DNA of 62,962 nucleotides, counting the filler, from Collodictyon triciliatum (taxonomy: Eukaryota): the NCBI GenBank assembly GCA_043381765.1. It is 10 parts of 10 records of this genome, joined end to end, with 100 filler letters (N's around TTAATTAATTAA, not from the genome) between each part and the next. Parts side by side here need not be neighbours in the genome. Positions count along the whole stretch, not along the records: positions 1 to 6,680 come from JBHJMP010004312.1; positions 6,781 to 13,457 come from JBHJMP010004313.1; positions 13,558 to 20,235 come from JBHJMP010004314.1; 7 more parts are not named here. One strand, 5' to 3'. A program made the position numbers and the translations under genes. Below, one piece after another: positions 1 to 17,424 of the stretch. The notes under the pieces are model-generated. The model made no database searches. It was given only the letters and a program-made list of their open reading frames with translations, and was not told the origin of the DNA. How positions within the stretch are numbered: the stretch's first letter is position 1; the number at the start of each line of letters is the position of its first letter.

Positions 1-549
1 ATGGAGTAGAGGAGGTGGTAGAAGCGTGAAGAAGCCAAACCCATACGATAAGTACAGAGATCAAATGATTGTTCGCGAAAGAAGCGAGAAGACTCACAGC
101 ATTCTTAGTACACAGGAATCTATATGCGACTCCCAGGAAGATCCGACATATCATCCAAGAGCCTCGTCTTCATCCAATAGGACTCTGAAGAAAACAATGG
201 TCAAGGGCTCCAAAAACTAGAGGCAATAAAGCCTTGAGGCAAGCATGAGCCCTACGAATACGTCTGGACTCAGGAACCCAAAAGAAAGGAAAGAAATCAT
301 CACATGCTGGTAAAAAAAATCAAATGAAAGAAATAAAAACAAGGAACAGGAAGCATAAAACAATTTAAAAAACCAGCAAACTATCGACACACTGTCCAAG
401 AAAACGCGATAAATGTTGTTTTCTTAAAAAAAATTCCTTGTCTGTCATCCACCAGCAAACCATCAGCTCCAAAACAAAATAAAAACAAAAAACCACCAAT
501 TTGAAAGCTTGCACCTCATTTATAATAACATTGTAAAGGTGAGCATTCT

Positions 550-1930
550 AATGGACGCATTCTCTATTAACTCGTTCACTTTGCGATATAACAGCCTGCA
601 TGAACTTTCTTTTCTTTTTCCAAATCTTTTGTTTCCCTTTTATTTGAATGTTGACTACATGCATGTCTTAAATTGAATTATTGTTTATTTTCTAAATTTA
701 CATTCTCAAGCAATAATGAAAACAATGCCCAAGACACCTCAGAGGTATCATCTATTGCAATTATTATATATAAGCGAATAAATTTGTTGGACACGGTTTT
801 CTGAAATCAATTGATACTTCCGTAACCTTATTCAAGAGAAGAAAAAGGATTCTTCGTCCTTAAACAAGTGACTTACCAAAAGAGAGGATTTTAGCACCAC
901 CGAAAAAAATGCATCGATATTCAAATCAAGATATGCAAATTTAATCACAGCCGTACTGAACGAAAAAGTTAACCGGCTCTCTCCTTATAATATCACACAC
1001 AGAGCCCCATTCCCATTTATCTTTCGCTTTAATGACAAAAGACGATCAAATACACTTGACTGTTTGCATCTCTCAACAACCATGGCATATTCCAAGCTCA
1101 TTTGATATTAAATCATCAGCCTAAAATCCTTGAAAATCAGAGAAAATAAGTTGATGGGCCGAAAATACAGGCATTATAGACCCGATGACATTCAAAAGAT
1201 GCAGAAAAGCCTGCACACCTTGGCTACTCCCGAAACACTGTGCTCTACATCTCAATAAAACTAACATTTGGGTGTGGATAGGTGATCGCGCAGTCTATAC
1301 AACGGCTGCATATCCAGGATGCATCATGTGCCAAAGTGAGGATGAATCTATCGAAATCACATCTATTCAATGCAATGGTGTTTAAAAAGTGACAGAATTC
1401 ACCCACAAGATACTTTCTGAGTTTAATTGTCCTCGCTGACCAATTCAACGAGCCAGACATCCTGTTTGGCCTGAAATACCAAACATATTGCGACTTTAGT
1501 ATACTCTGATTAGTCACAGTAGGGACACATGCTGTGTTAATTGAGGGGAATATGCGCATTTCTCTCGCACCGGTTCCTCGAATGGACGAATGATTCATGC
1601 ATACACTCTGGCAATCCTTTTTCAACACAGCTCCTCGAAAAGATTGCTGGAACATACCCATATTATTCGCTACTCTGACCGAAAAAGTAGAGTGGTGTGG
1701 GAATGTGTTGTGAGATATCTCCTACAACATATTCAACCTCTTCTAGCCCGAAATTGTTAAACCAGTCGAGATTTCCACTCAAAATATCCCTATCACTCAT
1801 TTCCCTCCAGTGCTAGCCTCTCCATAATAGCTTCTTCTCTTACTTGTGTGTTGCTCTCTACCATGCGCATATGCGTTTCCTCTCGTATGGCATAGTCTTA
1901 ATGCATTTTGAATCGAATAAAGGGAAAACT
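550..1930 (+). mobile_element. Decayed non-LTR retrotransposon (L1/Tx1-like ORF2 remnant with 3' tail)
   Basis: Frameshifted zf-RVT-like motif CIMCQSEDESIEITSIQC (ORF 1185-1385). 1640-1800 is homologous to the minus-strand copy at 4595-4760. Ends in ...TTTGAATCGAATAAAGGGAAAA (~1907-1928). 5' boundary approximate. Confidence 0.7.
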
Positions 1931-2017
1931 CAAAACTACTGAAACAGAAACATATAGGTTTATTCGATATAATAAGCACGAGTTTCAACAAATTCTTGAA
2001 GAAAGAATCCGAACCGA

Positions 2018-2660
2018 TCATTTCTTATTCTTTATATCACCAATAGGAAGCTTTAGATAGGAAAGCGTGCGGCAAAGGCTACCAAAGTCACCCAACAATT
2101 CACACTTTGCAGCAACCGTGATGAATACATTGAGCACGCATTTTCGCAATGACTCTGGGCTCAAAACCTGCGCCAAACAGCCGGTTAGATTCTTCGTCTG
2201 ACAATCGACACTGGTTTGGCTATTTTCTAATCCATGTAATATTTGGACCACTGTAATAGCCGTCTCCAGAGGAAAAAAAACATTCGGATAGTGACGCGAG
2301 ATCATTTGCTATGCATTATGCAGATAGAATACATTTCATCACGCAAAGCGATATTCAACAACAAGCCAACCAATACTTGATAATAGTATAGATGAAATCA
2401 TACAAATATCTATTCCTCAACGTCTTCCTTCTCCGTTTTCACTTTTTCTACAACTCAGACCCCGTGAGAATAGACATGAGGAAAGAAACAGAGATAAAGA
2501 TTAAAACCTTGCCTTGTCTATCTCATGCAAGCACAAGATCCATACTAAAGGCTATAGGTTATAGGACAGACTGCTGGATACAATGCCTGATTCCCACGTC
2601 ATTCTCCACCACCCAGCCGAAAAGTAGCATCCATGCAAAAGAAGGCTAGCAAACCAAAAA
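2018..2660 (+). mobile_element. Decayed LINE 3' ORF2 fragment, second subfamily
   Basis: FLNVFLLRFHFFYNSDPVRIDMRKE is homologous to FLNSFLRHLHVLYYSDPVRRDMWKE (3063 ORF) and FLNSLLKHTCILRYSDRKRGEMWE (4595 ORF). Boundaries approximate. Confidence 0.55.
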
Positions 2661-2889
2661 CAACCCTAACACCATCATATATTTTTTTGTTTCAATTCAA
2701 GAATCTGCTGAGAGAAAACAGAGCCGAGATAACCACCTTGACCTTCTAGGGGAAAAGATGAGCTTTTGAAGATACAGTGGAAAACTCCGGATGATGCGGT
2801 TGGTGTTTTTTTTTTTTTGGTTCTTAAGTCGATGAGGACAAATAAATGGAAAAAAAAGATAGAAAGGAGAGAAAATCTTGTCATATGCA

Positions 2890-3425
2890 GACTATTCTAG
2901 CTGACAAAACGCTCCATTATCTTGTACAAATAACAAGGATTCACAGAGGATTCCTTAAAGAGCTCTTTAAGATACTAAAAACATAAGACGGGTTTAATCC
3001 TATAAAATAATCCATCCTCTTATCTGCAACAGCTGCGTCCAGATGCAAAAACATTCTGGGCAGTGACGCGAGGCCATTTGCTATGGACTATGTGGATAGC
3101 GCGCATATACTCAAGCAAAGCAAGAATCAACAACCAGCCACCCATTGCTGTTAACAGGCTGAATGAAATCATACAAATCTCTTTCCTCAACAGCTTTCTT
3201 CGCCACCTGCACGTTCTCTACTACTCCGACCCCGTGAGAAGAGACATGTGGAAAGAAGCTGAGAAAGAGTCTCAACCTCGTCTTGTATATCATGCAAGCA
3301 CAAGACCCAGGCTACAGGCCAAACCGCAGGATGCAATTCCTGAATACCGACTACTTCTCCGCCACCCGGCCACCAATTAGCGTCCGTGCAAACAACGGCT
3401 GGCGAACGAAAGCCAAAAACCTCAA
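2890..3425 (+). mobile_element. Decayed LINE 3' ORF2 fragment, second subfamily
   Basis: Nucleotide similarity to 2280-2660 (gtgacgcgag..catttgctatg; gaccccgtgaga..agacatg..gaaagaa; catgcaagcacaaga). Confidence 0.55.
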
Positions 3426-4446
3426 TCTTTTCTTGTGCGAGTTAATTAAAAAAATTTTTTTTTGGGTATCAAGAGAAGAGGGGTATTTGGTGCTAACATC
3501 GAGTACAGCGCAACTCAGGGTTAGACTCACGTACTTGTGGATTTGTGACCACCATGTTATTTTAAGTAGCAACCGCAAGTCATAATCTTTCCCAATCATT
3601 GCATTATAATTGAGAGACATAGACATAGACTAGATGTATTGACGAGCGACATAGAATGGCACAGAAACGCCAGAAGGTAATGAGCTTCTGTGAAACATTA
3701 GCGCTCTGCGGAGGCCACTGTACTGTAGCCAATGTGTGGTGATTCTCTGTTCGGTCAATGTCTATGGGGGAATTGTTATCGTATGACGCCATGACTTGGG
3801 AGGGTGAATGGAAATTCGGGTATTTTGGTGGGACCGTGTATGTGGCGGTATCGAAAAGTTACGGGTTTCGATAGTTGTCGCTGGAGCCGCTACGCTTTGA
3901 ATTATGAAGTCGATTTTTTTTTTTTTACAAAAAGTCAAAAATTACCATTGCATGAAAGCAGCGCCTTACCCGAAAATAAAATAAAAAGAAGACAGGAGCG
4001 CTCGCCTGCCCGAAAGTGTCAGAAATCAGTTGTTATTGCGACTGCAGAATTTCTTAGATTTTTGCTCGTTGAAGCGTTTAGTAAAAAACGTCTTCGCAAT
4101 TCTGGCGTCAAGTCTGGTTGGATGAATTTCGTCGACATTGCTAAGGTCACTAGGTGTGATAAGAGAGCAAACTTGAGGAAAAATTACACCTAGCTTAAAG
4201 CTGTCATTTATACCTTTCTATATATTATGGAGAAATATAAATGACAAAAGCGCCATACTTAAATATATGTATTTTGATGAAGTTCTTTCTACAACCACGA
4301 GCTTTCATCTACAGTCAGATAGGCTGGAGGACATACCTGTCCCTACATTGCACTGTCTACCCCATGCATAATTAAGTATTTATCAACATCACGTAAAATA
4401 AATCGGGAATTACACATAAGGCATTTAGAGCATAAACCCGCTAGGG

Positions 4447-5660
4447 TTGGTTTTTCCCTTTATCATATTCAAAGTGCAGCGAGGTTATGCCATACGAAGG
4501 GGCGGGATAGGTGCGTGCGGTAGAGAGCAGACGCTAGTGAAGACACCACTGTGGAGAGCTTGGCACTGGAAAGAAATCAGTGATAGCGAGTTGGTCAGAT
4601 TAGCGACCCCAATGGTTTATTGGGTATTAGGGGTTGATTATGCTGTGTGAGATATCGCACGACACATTCCCACATCTCTCCTCGCTTGCGGTCAGAGTAG
4701 CGGAGAATGCAAGTGTGCTTCAGCAGGCTGTTCAGGAAGCTGTATTGCACGAGGCCTTCCAGCCTGGATACATAGATTTCCCGTTCGGATGAATCATTGG
4801 AGCGAGATTGCGAGCGCACTCTATAAGGACCACAGCATATGTCCCTTGTGACTGTCCAGAGTATTCTAGAATCGTGGTTCATTTGATATTGTGCGCCAAA
4901 CAGGATTCTGACGCGCTGAGACGGTTGGGAGCATAATCAAGTTCAAAGAGCATCTTTTGGGTAGACTCTGTCACTTTTTGAGCAACAAAGCACTTCACAA
5001 ATGTGTGTTCGATAGAGTCGTCTCCACCATGGCACATGGTGCATTCTGGAGAGGTCGTTGCTGCGCGGACTACACACGCGCACCTATCCATAGCTCTCTG
5101 TTAGAGATATAGAGCAGCAGGGTGCGGTGTTTCGGGAGTAACTAGGGTATACGGGCTTGCTTCCAGCTTTTAATTTTGATTATTCGTAGTGATGAAGTTG
5201 CGGCAGATGTCTTCCAGCTCCTTCAGCCTCTGGAGATTCAGCAAAGTGCCTTTCATGTTGTAGATAAGGGTCGACACCATCACTTGGTTCCACAACCTTA
5301 CTTTCCCCACGTCCGAGAGATGAAAGTTGCTCCACACTGATATTTTCGACTTGATGTCCTCAACCAGGGTTGTCCATTTGTTATCCATTTGTGAACCTAA
5401 GATGGTGTCAATTTGGCATGCCTTCCCTTTCCTCAACATCTCCTTCATAATCTGAATGTGAATTCGGTGAGATATCTTCGACTTGAGGGAGTTGGTAATC
5501 TTGGGAGCTGACGGTGTTTTCTTCATTTTTTCGAAAAATTGACTCCGCTATTAATGTATTCTCTTCCGTGTTGATTGACGAAACTAGAGCAACAGGTCTG
5601 TGCAAATAGACTAGTGGTTCGTCCGTACTTCCGATATCCATTTCTTGATTTTGGGCCATT
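4447..5660 (-). mobile_element. Decayed non-LTR retrotransposon, post-RT region, zf-RVT and 3' tail
   Basis: KWTTLVEDIKSKISVWSNFHLSDVGKVRLWNQVMVSTLIY (typical L1/Tx1 post-RT block), CTMCHGGDDSIEHTFVKC (zf-RVT CCHC), and tail cgtatggcataacctcgctgcactttgaatatgataaagggaaaaa at ~4450-4497. Confidence 0.8.
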
Positions 5661-6680
5661 CATGTACCCTTGTCTTGAAAGAGACTAGGGCATTTCTCTC
5701 ATGGGGGGTTTCCACGATTTCTCCTGGCGTTGGGAGATGAAGCTCCTTGCCTTTCGCTAAGTTGCCAGTCCCTAGGTTGATTTTTCAAATACGATTCATA
5801 AATAATCAGCCAGGCTTCAGCGCTGTAGAAGACTACCATCGTCGTGCGGCCCAAGGTGCGTGTGGCTGCACTTTGCTTGTTGGTCGTAATTGTTTTGTTT
5901 TTTTCTGCTTATTGGGCAGAGACGAAGCAATGTCAGATCCCTTCTATGTATCTGTCTCTTCTCGAGAGCGCCCATCACAAATGGCGAAGCGAAGAATGAG
6001 AACTATTCCAACGCTTTTCCTTGAGATTGTTGAGCGAGCCGCCCGTTTAACCCCTTCCAGGCTTTGATAGGATGGACCACCTTGGCCGGGCGACAGACGC
6101 TTATTGCAACCTACGATTGTCTCTTTCTTAGCCTTGTGTGATGTGTGGCATCTCCCGTGCATGTGACTCGCTCTCCGTCCACAAACCCTGCGCGTTGCCG
6201 CCGCCCAAGACTCTGCCAGGTGCACACGGCCAGACAGTGCAGAACGCATCCGCCTGACAGCCTCACGCAGGCCTTATCCCGGGCATTGCAGGAGGAGGGT
6301 GATCTTAAGGAAACACGGTGCCACCTGGTTAAAAGAGAAATAGTATAGATTCTATTGCAGGGAGCACGTTCTTGTGTATTAAGCTTGGCGGGAGCAATAA
6401 TTTCCAGATATATAAAAAACAATCAAATGTGGGTGCAAAGTTGACACGCCTAATCCGGACCAATTCTGACACTACCAAATCCCAACCAGCCACCTCTCAG
6501 CTGGTGTTATCCCCCTGAGCAAAAAACAAAAGTCGCCCGACCGCGCCCGTTCGACCAGGAATCAAGCGGACGTGCAGGGATAAGGCAGGCAAAGGGTGTG
6601 AAAAGAAAAGAAAAGAAAAGAAAAGAAAAAAAATGAAAAAATGAAAAAATGAAAAAATGAAAAAAATGAAAAAATGAAAA

Positions 6681-6780
6681 NNNNNNNNNNNNNNNNNNNN
6701 NNNNNNNNNNNNNNNNNNNNNNNNTTAATTAATTAANNNNNNNNNNNNNNNNNNNNNNNNNNNNNNNNNNNNNNNNNNNN
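6681..6780. other. Artificial contig spacer N44-TTAATTAATTAA-N44 (also 13458-13557, 20236-20335, 27013-27112, 33789-33888, 40562-40661, 47335-47434, 54105-54204, 60878-60977)
   Basis: The same 100-nt linker with six-frame stop codons occurs nine times, separating segments of 6670-6680 nt. Confidence 0.97.
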
Positions 6781-7065
6781 AAGAAAAAAGAAAAAAGAAA
6801 AAAGAAAAAAGAAAAAAGAAAAAAGAAAAAAGAAAAAAGAAAAAAGAAAAAAGAAAAAAGAAAAAAGAAAAAAGAAAAAAGGATAAAATCCTCGGTGGCC
6901 TGCCAAAACCCACATGCATTATTTTTACAAGCTACGAGGCCTTTACATCTTCAATCTTGGAGAGAAAATTCCTGAGCAAACGTGGTTTAGAAGAGAGGAC
7001 AACGCGGCACCAATAAAAAAAACAAAGAGAGAAGATAGTTGAAAGGAGCCAAGCTAATCAGGGCA

Positions 7066-10000
7066 ATGGAGCAGCGGCGGAAGCTAAAGAACACAGGAGC
7101 TCAATTAGGAGCAGCTCCAAAGCGTATGTTTTTTTTTTTTTTTGTTATGTTTTGATGTCTTGGGGTCTCGTAAGGTTTTGTTCTTCAGCACCTTTTTAGT
7201 TTCGTCTGCTCAAAGTATTTTTTTTCGATAAACACGATTTAATATCATCTTATTTATGATGAATGAGATATATAATAGTAAGAATAACAATTTTAAAAGA
7301 AAATAGCGGAATGTTTTAGCCAATAATATATTTTGTTTCTTTTTTTTTTTTTGCAATAAGCGATGGAAAAAAAATACTGTTTGATCTTTATGTTCAGGAT
7401 AAGTGTTATAATGTTGAGATTTCATGACTATGTCTTTCTGTAGTGCCTTTCTGACTGTATATCAAATATAATGCATACACAATTATTTGTCAGCCGGTGC
7501 ATCTTCGACCTCAGTCTCTCCTGGTACGTGGAGAGCGCAGACGAAGCTGCATCACAGCCGAACGGTTATTGTGCTGGACGATTTGCCCACAGAGTATACA
7601 GAAGAAGGCGGTGTCTTTAATGATTTTCTACTGTCTCTGCAGGAATTGTGGTATTCAGTTGTTGACCTGTGCGTATTTATTGACATGAATATTTCTTTAT
7701 TCAATAGCATGCAATATTTATTTATCAGTTTTCTGTCTCGGTACTATTTGTCTAGCCTATGTGTGATTGGTCATTTGTACATTTTATATGATAAGCCAGT
7801 TTGCAATCAAAACCTTAAACATCAGGCACAAATGTAAAGGAGACACGTCTTAAAAAAAAACTGAGAAAGATAATAGAAGCTGGGTCACGAGTGCTAATCA
7901 ACCAATCATTTTATTAGATGGAATTCTGTTAATATCGCAGACTCAAAGTGTGCTAAATTTCACATCAAGCCTGGTATACTCTGACAAGATTTTTTTCTTT
8001 CATTACTCTTCCTTTTATTTTTTTTTTCATACTTTTATTTTGATTCTCCATTTTGGAACCAGTCCGGTTTGTTTGTCATTTTTGCTTCGAGACAAAAGTG
8101 AGGCGACCCACCAGCGAAGTTCTTTATTATCTGGAAATGTGGCTAATTGTTGACATCTTTATTGTTTCCCCCCGCCTCGAAAAGGATCGAGAAGTCGCCG
8201 CATAGCATATCTGCTGTTGGCTGTCGCCATTCTTCTGGAATGTTCGTTCATTCCGTACAGGGCTGTGTGGGGATTTGAATCGTGGACGCCTTTGCCCCTT
8301 TGGCTTGTTCTCGACTACACCCTCGATCTGATATATATCGTTGACATCGCCATCAACTTTGTTACTGCATACACTCAGGTCATACCCGTGCGAATGATAA
8401 GTCAACAGTTTTCCTTTGAGCATCATCACTATTACCCTTTTTTTTTTTAAATATTTCCATGGTTATCGTAGGAAGGGACCGGGAAAATCATTACAAATCG
8501 CGGTTTGATTGCAAAGAGATATATGCGTTCCGATTTCCTTCTTCATCTGCTGGCGTCGTTGCCGCTCGATCTTCTTGCTTTGGTATTACTTCTCACACCC
8601 GATTTTTTTCTGTGAAGCCACAAAATTTTCATTATTAGCTCATATCTAAATATGCACCCAACAGAAAGTATAAGACTTGCAGAAACTAATATAATGAAAC
8701 AGAAATTTGGTATCAATTCGCTGCCTTGGTTTCGACTGAATCGACTTCTCAGGTTTGGATTTCGCAATAAGTTTATAATTGGGATGATAATAAATTATTG
8801 GATATATTTCTACGTGTCTGTGGGCATACTGTTTTCCATTACATTTAACATCTACATACTCGATTGATTTGGTTATTTACAAAAATTGAACCTTCCATGC
8901 ATAAATCATATTCTTTTCTTTCTCTTCAACATCTCCTATTCCATTTACCCACGGCTACAGAGTGACGCAGCTTATTCCTATCTTCTCGGCGTTAGAAAAA
9001 AGCTTTGGAAATCATAGCATCCGCATATTCAGATTATTTTTCTTAATGCTCTTGTTTGCTCATTGGTTTGGATGCGGATGGTTCTATATCGCTAAACTTG
9101 AAAATTTCACAGAGGTAAACCACCGTCTCGAGATTGATATACTCTTCCACGAGACATTTCCCTAAAAAAATAATAATCATGTATTCAAATATATCACTTA
9201 TACCTTTATAGCAATGCTATTTATTCGTTGATTTCCTGATTAATTAATCCAGAGAAACACCATTTATTGTACTTTTTTTTCTTTCGTTGCATATATCATC
9301 GCATCAAAATCGCCTGGTCACAGAATACCTGGGTATTTAAGGCAAATCTTATGGACAAGAATTCATGGACCCAGTATATTACCTCTGCTTACTGGGCTTT
9401 AGTAGTGATGACAACGGTGCATTTTGCCCCTAAATCATATTTCTTACAAAATACATCTTCACATGATCCATTATCAATTTCAATTTGTTTAGAACGAAAT
9501 GCCACCTATCTCACCAATGAAACTCATATTTTTTTTTTATTAATTTTTTTCCGCCATTTATATGCTGAACATAATACATAGGTTGGGTTTGGAGATATAA
9601 CACCAATATCAAATTACGAAAAGTTGTTCACAATCATGACGATGATTACGGGTGTTTCCATTTATGCCACCATTTTCGGTAACATGGGTCAGTCTAACAT
9701 TTTGATGAATAGCTTTATTTTATAGTAACACCATAATATATAATGTGAAATGTTGATATAATTTTTTTTAACAATATCATAAAGGAACCAATATCATAAT
9801 AATTTCGTCGGCACCAACGTTATTTATCCTTCATCGCAGCAACCCTGATTGCGCAGCTGGATGCTAGTGCCACTAGGTATCGCGAAAAATTAGACAGTCT
9901 ACACGAATATATGAAATACAGGAATCTCCCAACGTACCTTCGAAATAGAATATTAAATTACTATGAAGTCATTTGGTCCAGACATAAAGGTTTGATTCGA

Positions 10001-13000
10001 ACAATTTTGATGCTTCCTCGCCTATTGAACAACATAACTGTGAATTCATAGATTAAAATCACATTGGTCTATAGAGTCAAGTTTTTTAAGTCATTTTTAT
10101 TTATCATTTCGCTACTGACATCTATATATCGATTTCTATTTTTGCTTATTTATTACAACCAAAGGCATTGACGAGAGTATGATATTGAATGAGCTACCTT
10201 CCTCTCTTCGATCAGAAATTGCATTATATCTGAATAGAGAAGTATTTTGATTGCTTAATTGGATTTCTCTCGCTATTTGCATGACTCTGTACCTTACCAA
10301 TATGAAAGAGCATCACCAAATATTGTTTTTTCCCTTTCTCCTTCTTTTTTTCTCATATTATACGCCCACCTAACAATCGGAAAAATATAAACTTAGCTTG
10401 TGGAAAACGTACCACTGTTCAAAGGGTCAAACGAGCCGGGGTTCATCAATTCTCTTGTAGTAATGCTAAAGCCTCAGGTGTGTTGAATGTAAATAATCGG
10501 GCGAACTGTGATGCCTTTATCGAAGTCTTGAATGAATGAAAAACTGCCCATTTTTCGTTCTATTATATATTATTCCATATGATCACATTCTCCTTACTAT
10601 TTTATGTAAGGAAATTTATGACAGGCTAATTTCCATTTAATCATTCTACTTACGATAGGTTGCGTTAGAGGGTGATTATATCATTAGGCACGGAGAAATC
10701 GGCCGTGAAATGTACTTTATTAGTCGCGGTGAAGTTGAAGTCGTGTCTGGGGACGGAAAGACAGTTTTTGCGGTGCTGAAAGAGGGAAGCTATTTTGGAG
10801 AGATAGCACTCTTATTTGCGGTATTAACGTCTTCTATAGATATATCTTCTATTTGAGGGTTACAGTTTTATTTCTTCCTTTTTTTCTCCAAAAAATGAAA
10901 AATTAAAGTAAAAAAAAAGAAGGAAAATAAAAAAATGAAAAGACAACTTTATCTTATCATACACGCATTACACTGAAATCAGGCTCGCCGAATTGCATCC
11001 ATTCGCGCTATCGGATATTGCGAGCTTCTCATGCTAACAAAGGTATCATATCACTCTTTTCCTTCCTTCACCTTTTTAGTGATTTTTTTTAAATATATAT
11101 CTCCCTGCTAAAACACTAAAACAAGATCCAAGGTGCAAGAATCATATAATCAAAATCTTTATGAATTAATATGTGTATCTGAATTCGTCCGTGGTGAACT
11201 TCGTTAGGAGGACTTTGACTCTGTGCTGAACTTCTTCCCAAGCTTTGCAGACTCTATGCGAGCGATTGCAAAGCAGAAAATCGAAGAGGAACGAAAGAAA
11301 AGAGAAGCTGAGGCGCAAGCCCAGGCTCAGTCCCAAGCACAAACACAGCCACAAAGTCAAGAGACTCCGCAAGGACACACTGCAGGAGACCATCGACATG
11401 CAAATCACGTCTCCGAAGCAAAGTCCCAAAACTCATCGCAATTGAACAGCAGAGCGCCGAGTCGCGCACCGAGTCACTCTGTCTCAAATTCCAGTGGCCA
11501 CAGTCGAACTCATGCATCTCTCGACAAGGCCATCGCACTCGCTGAAGTTGAGGAAGGTGAATCAGCTGTCCGTACTACCTACCGGAAATGCTATTATTTG
11601 ATTAAGTAGAAAGCATTCTTGGCAGGAATATCATGAGAATACAACGCCTATTTTTTTTTTTGGAAAAAAAGTAGAAAAAAAGTAGAAAAAAAGTAGAAAT
11701 AAACGACTTTTGGTTAAAGGGTTTGAGCATGTGATATGGTTGTAGTAATCCTTTTTACCCTATGGTATCCTTTTTTTTTTTTTAGAACGAATGAAAGACG
11801 AGAAGGCTAAGCATAGAGATGGGTATATTTGATAAGATGGAATTTGCATTTGATACATCGATTGATTATCCATTTAATCTAAATTGCGTGTGGACCATAA
11901 ACGTGAGTGCTTTTGTTCTTGGGCTTGTACTTATTTAAACGGTGTTTTAGGTCAAAGATGATGGCTTCGACTCGAGTCCAAGGTCGTGAAGAGGATAGAG
12001 GCCGTGGGCCCAAAATATCATCGTATGAATATTTCCACTTTGTGAGCTGAAGAAAAATAGACAAACAACAACAGGGACAACTAAGATCAAACATAAGGAA
12101 TCACTACGCCATGTGTTATCAAGTAAATTTTGTATCAAGCTGATTTCCTTAAATATTCATTTTTTCTACAGTGTCTCAAGTGTCTATGCAAAGACTTTAT
12201 CAAGAGACGAAGAATCTACAAAGTCCAATCCGAACATCAATCGCAGTTTGCGCCATTTGCCTTTGGAGAAGAGCAACTCTCAGATTTTGAAATCCTCAAA
12301 GTGATTAGAGTTGATATCATATGATTAACTTTACATTATAAAATGCGATTGGAATGACCGCATACATTTTGAATATCTTTTATCCAATACCTAACAATGA
12401 GGTTTTTTTTAATATATATATAACAATCCCTTTGAGTCGAAATTAAAGTGCCTTATGATACCCCATTCAGGTCAATCACAAAGCTCAATCGTGATGGTTC
12501 TACTTTGCTTCATCCAACAGACAACCCAGTAAACAAGAAAGATACGCACCAGCCGAGCACAGAAATACAGGTGCATTTTTTTTTCTATTAGATTATGAAG
12601 AAACGTACTTGTGCGATGGTTCGTGACTGTAGTAATCATTTGTCTTTTTTATTTTATTTTTACATACATATTTTAAAAATTATTATCTTCGTTCATTAAA
12701 GTCCAAACTGATTTATCATTACTGTTTAATTACGAACAAAGCAAATGGCCATGAAGCGAAGTGTCTCGAGGTCAAAGCTTTCTCAGTCCCGGAGCGGACC
12801 AGTGAATACTTTCATCATATTGCTGTTGCTATTTCGATGAATAATGTTATTATTTTCAAAAGAAAATTATCAACGATACGTTTGACATGATTTATTATTT
12901 GTTCCCACACATACTCACACATCGATATAACCAGGTTAAACAAGAGCGGCCGGATGAAGATGTCAGATCTGATGAAACTAAAAAACATCATCCTGCTGGG

Positions 13001-13361
13001 GTGTGATTTGCATTTTATGCAATTTATAGATACATGCAGTATTTCTTGTCGACAAGAATCGAAACCACCTTTTTTTTTTTTTGTTACACTGTTGTAAATA
13101 AAGGAAATTTAAGATATAAATAAGAATAATGGAGAGAAAGAAAAAGAAATAATAAGGCAAGTAATTCAAGTATACCAATGTATTGACGAAGCTACAACAC
13201 AGGAAATCAGTTCCTCACCAGAGGCAGCAGGACATCTCCTACGGCAACCCAGCAAAAACTCACATGAGGCTCCGGGTTGCCCAGGAGTCTCCAAGAAAGC
13301 AAAGCCCGTCACGCAAGATAGCACCTTATTGATTCAGCAAAGTATTAATCGCTTCTCATGA
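7066..13361 (+). CDS. Multi-exon cyclic-nucleotide-binding-domain potassium channel (KCNH/HCN/CNG superfamily) with long low-complexity C-tail
   Basis: Spliced exons give S4-like FRLNRLLR, pore [18 protein letters not shown]-linker [18 protein letters not shown] and [24 protein letters not shown]...[19 protein letters not shown]. About 20 GT-AG exons. The 3' end may splice beyond the contig. Confidence 0.9.
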
Positions 13362-13457
13362 ATACAATACAATACAATACAATACAATACAATACAATAC
13401 AATACAATACAATACAATACAATACAATACAATACAATACAATACAATACAATACAA
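13361..13457. repeat. (AATAC)n microsatellite at contig end
   Basis: Direct read of the tandem pentamer. Confidence 0.95.
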
Positions 13458-13744
13458 NNNNNNNNNNNNNNNNNNNNNNNNNNNNNNNNNNNNNNNNNNN
13501 NTTAATTAATTAANNNNNNNNNNNNNNNNNNNNNNNNNNNNNNNNNNNNNNNNNNNNTCTGGAATGCCTCGAAAAGCCCCCTGTTATTATTCCTCAAGAA
13601 AGACTTAAAGCTACCATACATATCCTTAACATTTGATGTATAATCAAACAGAGCGCACAGATTATGTGCCGCCATAATATTATTTATTACCAATCCTCTC
13701 TGAAAACGAATAATAGAAATAACCTTAACGAGCTCACAAACAAG

Positions 13745-17424
<3,680 letters not shown>

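Noticed and set aside
4441-5786. ctagggttggtttttc / ctaggttgatttttc as a TSD bounding the minus-strand LINE
   Set aside because: It needs an indel plus a mismatch and overlaps the element tail; too weak.
5790-6350. Exon-like GC-richer islands (similar ones at 47620-48500)
   Set aside because: No consistent spliced frame or recognisable protein motif could be built by eye.
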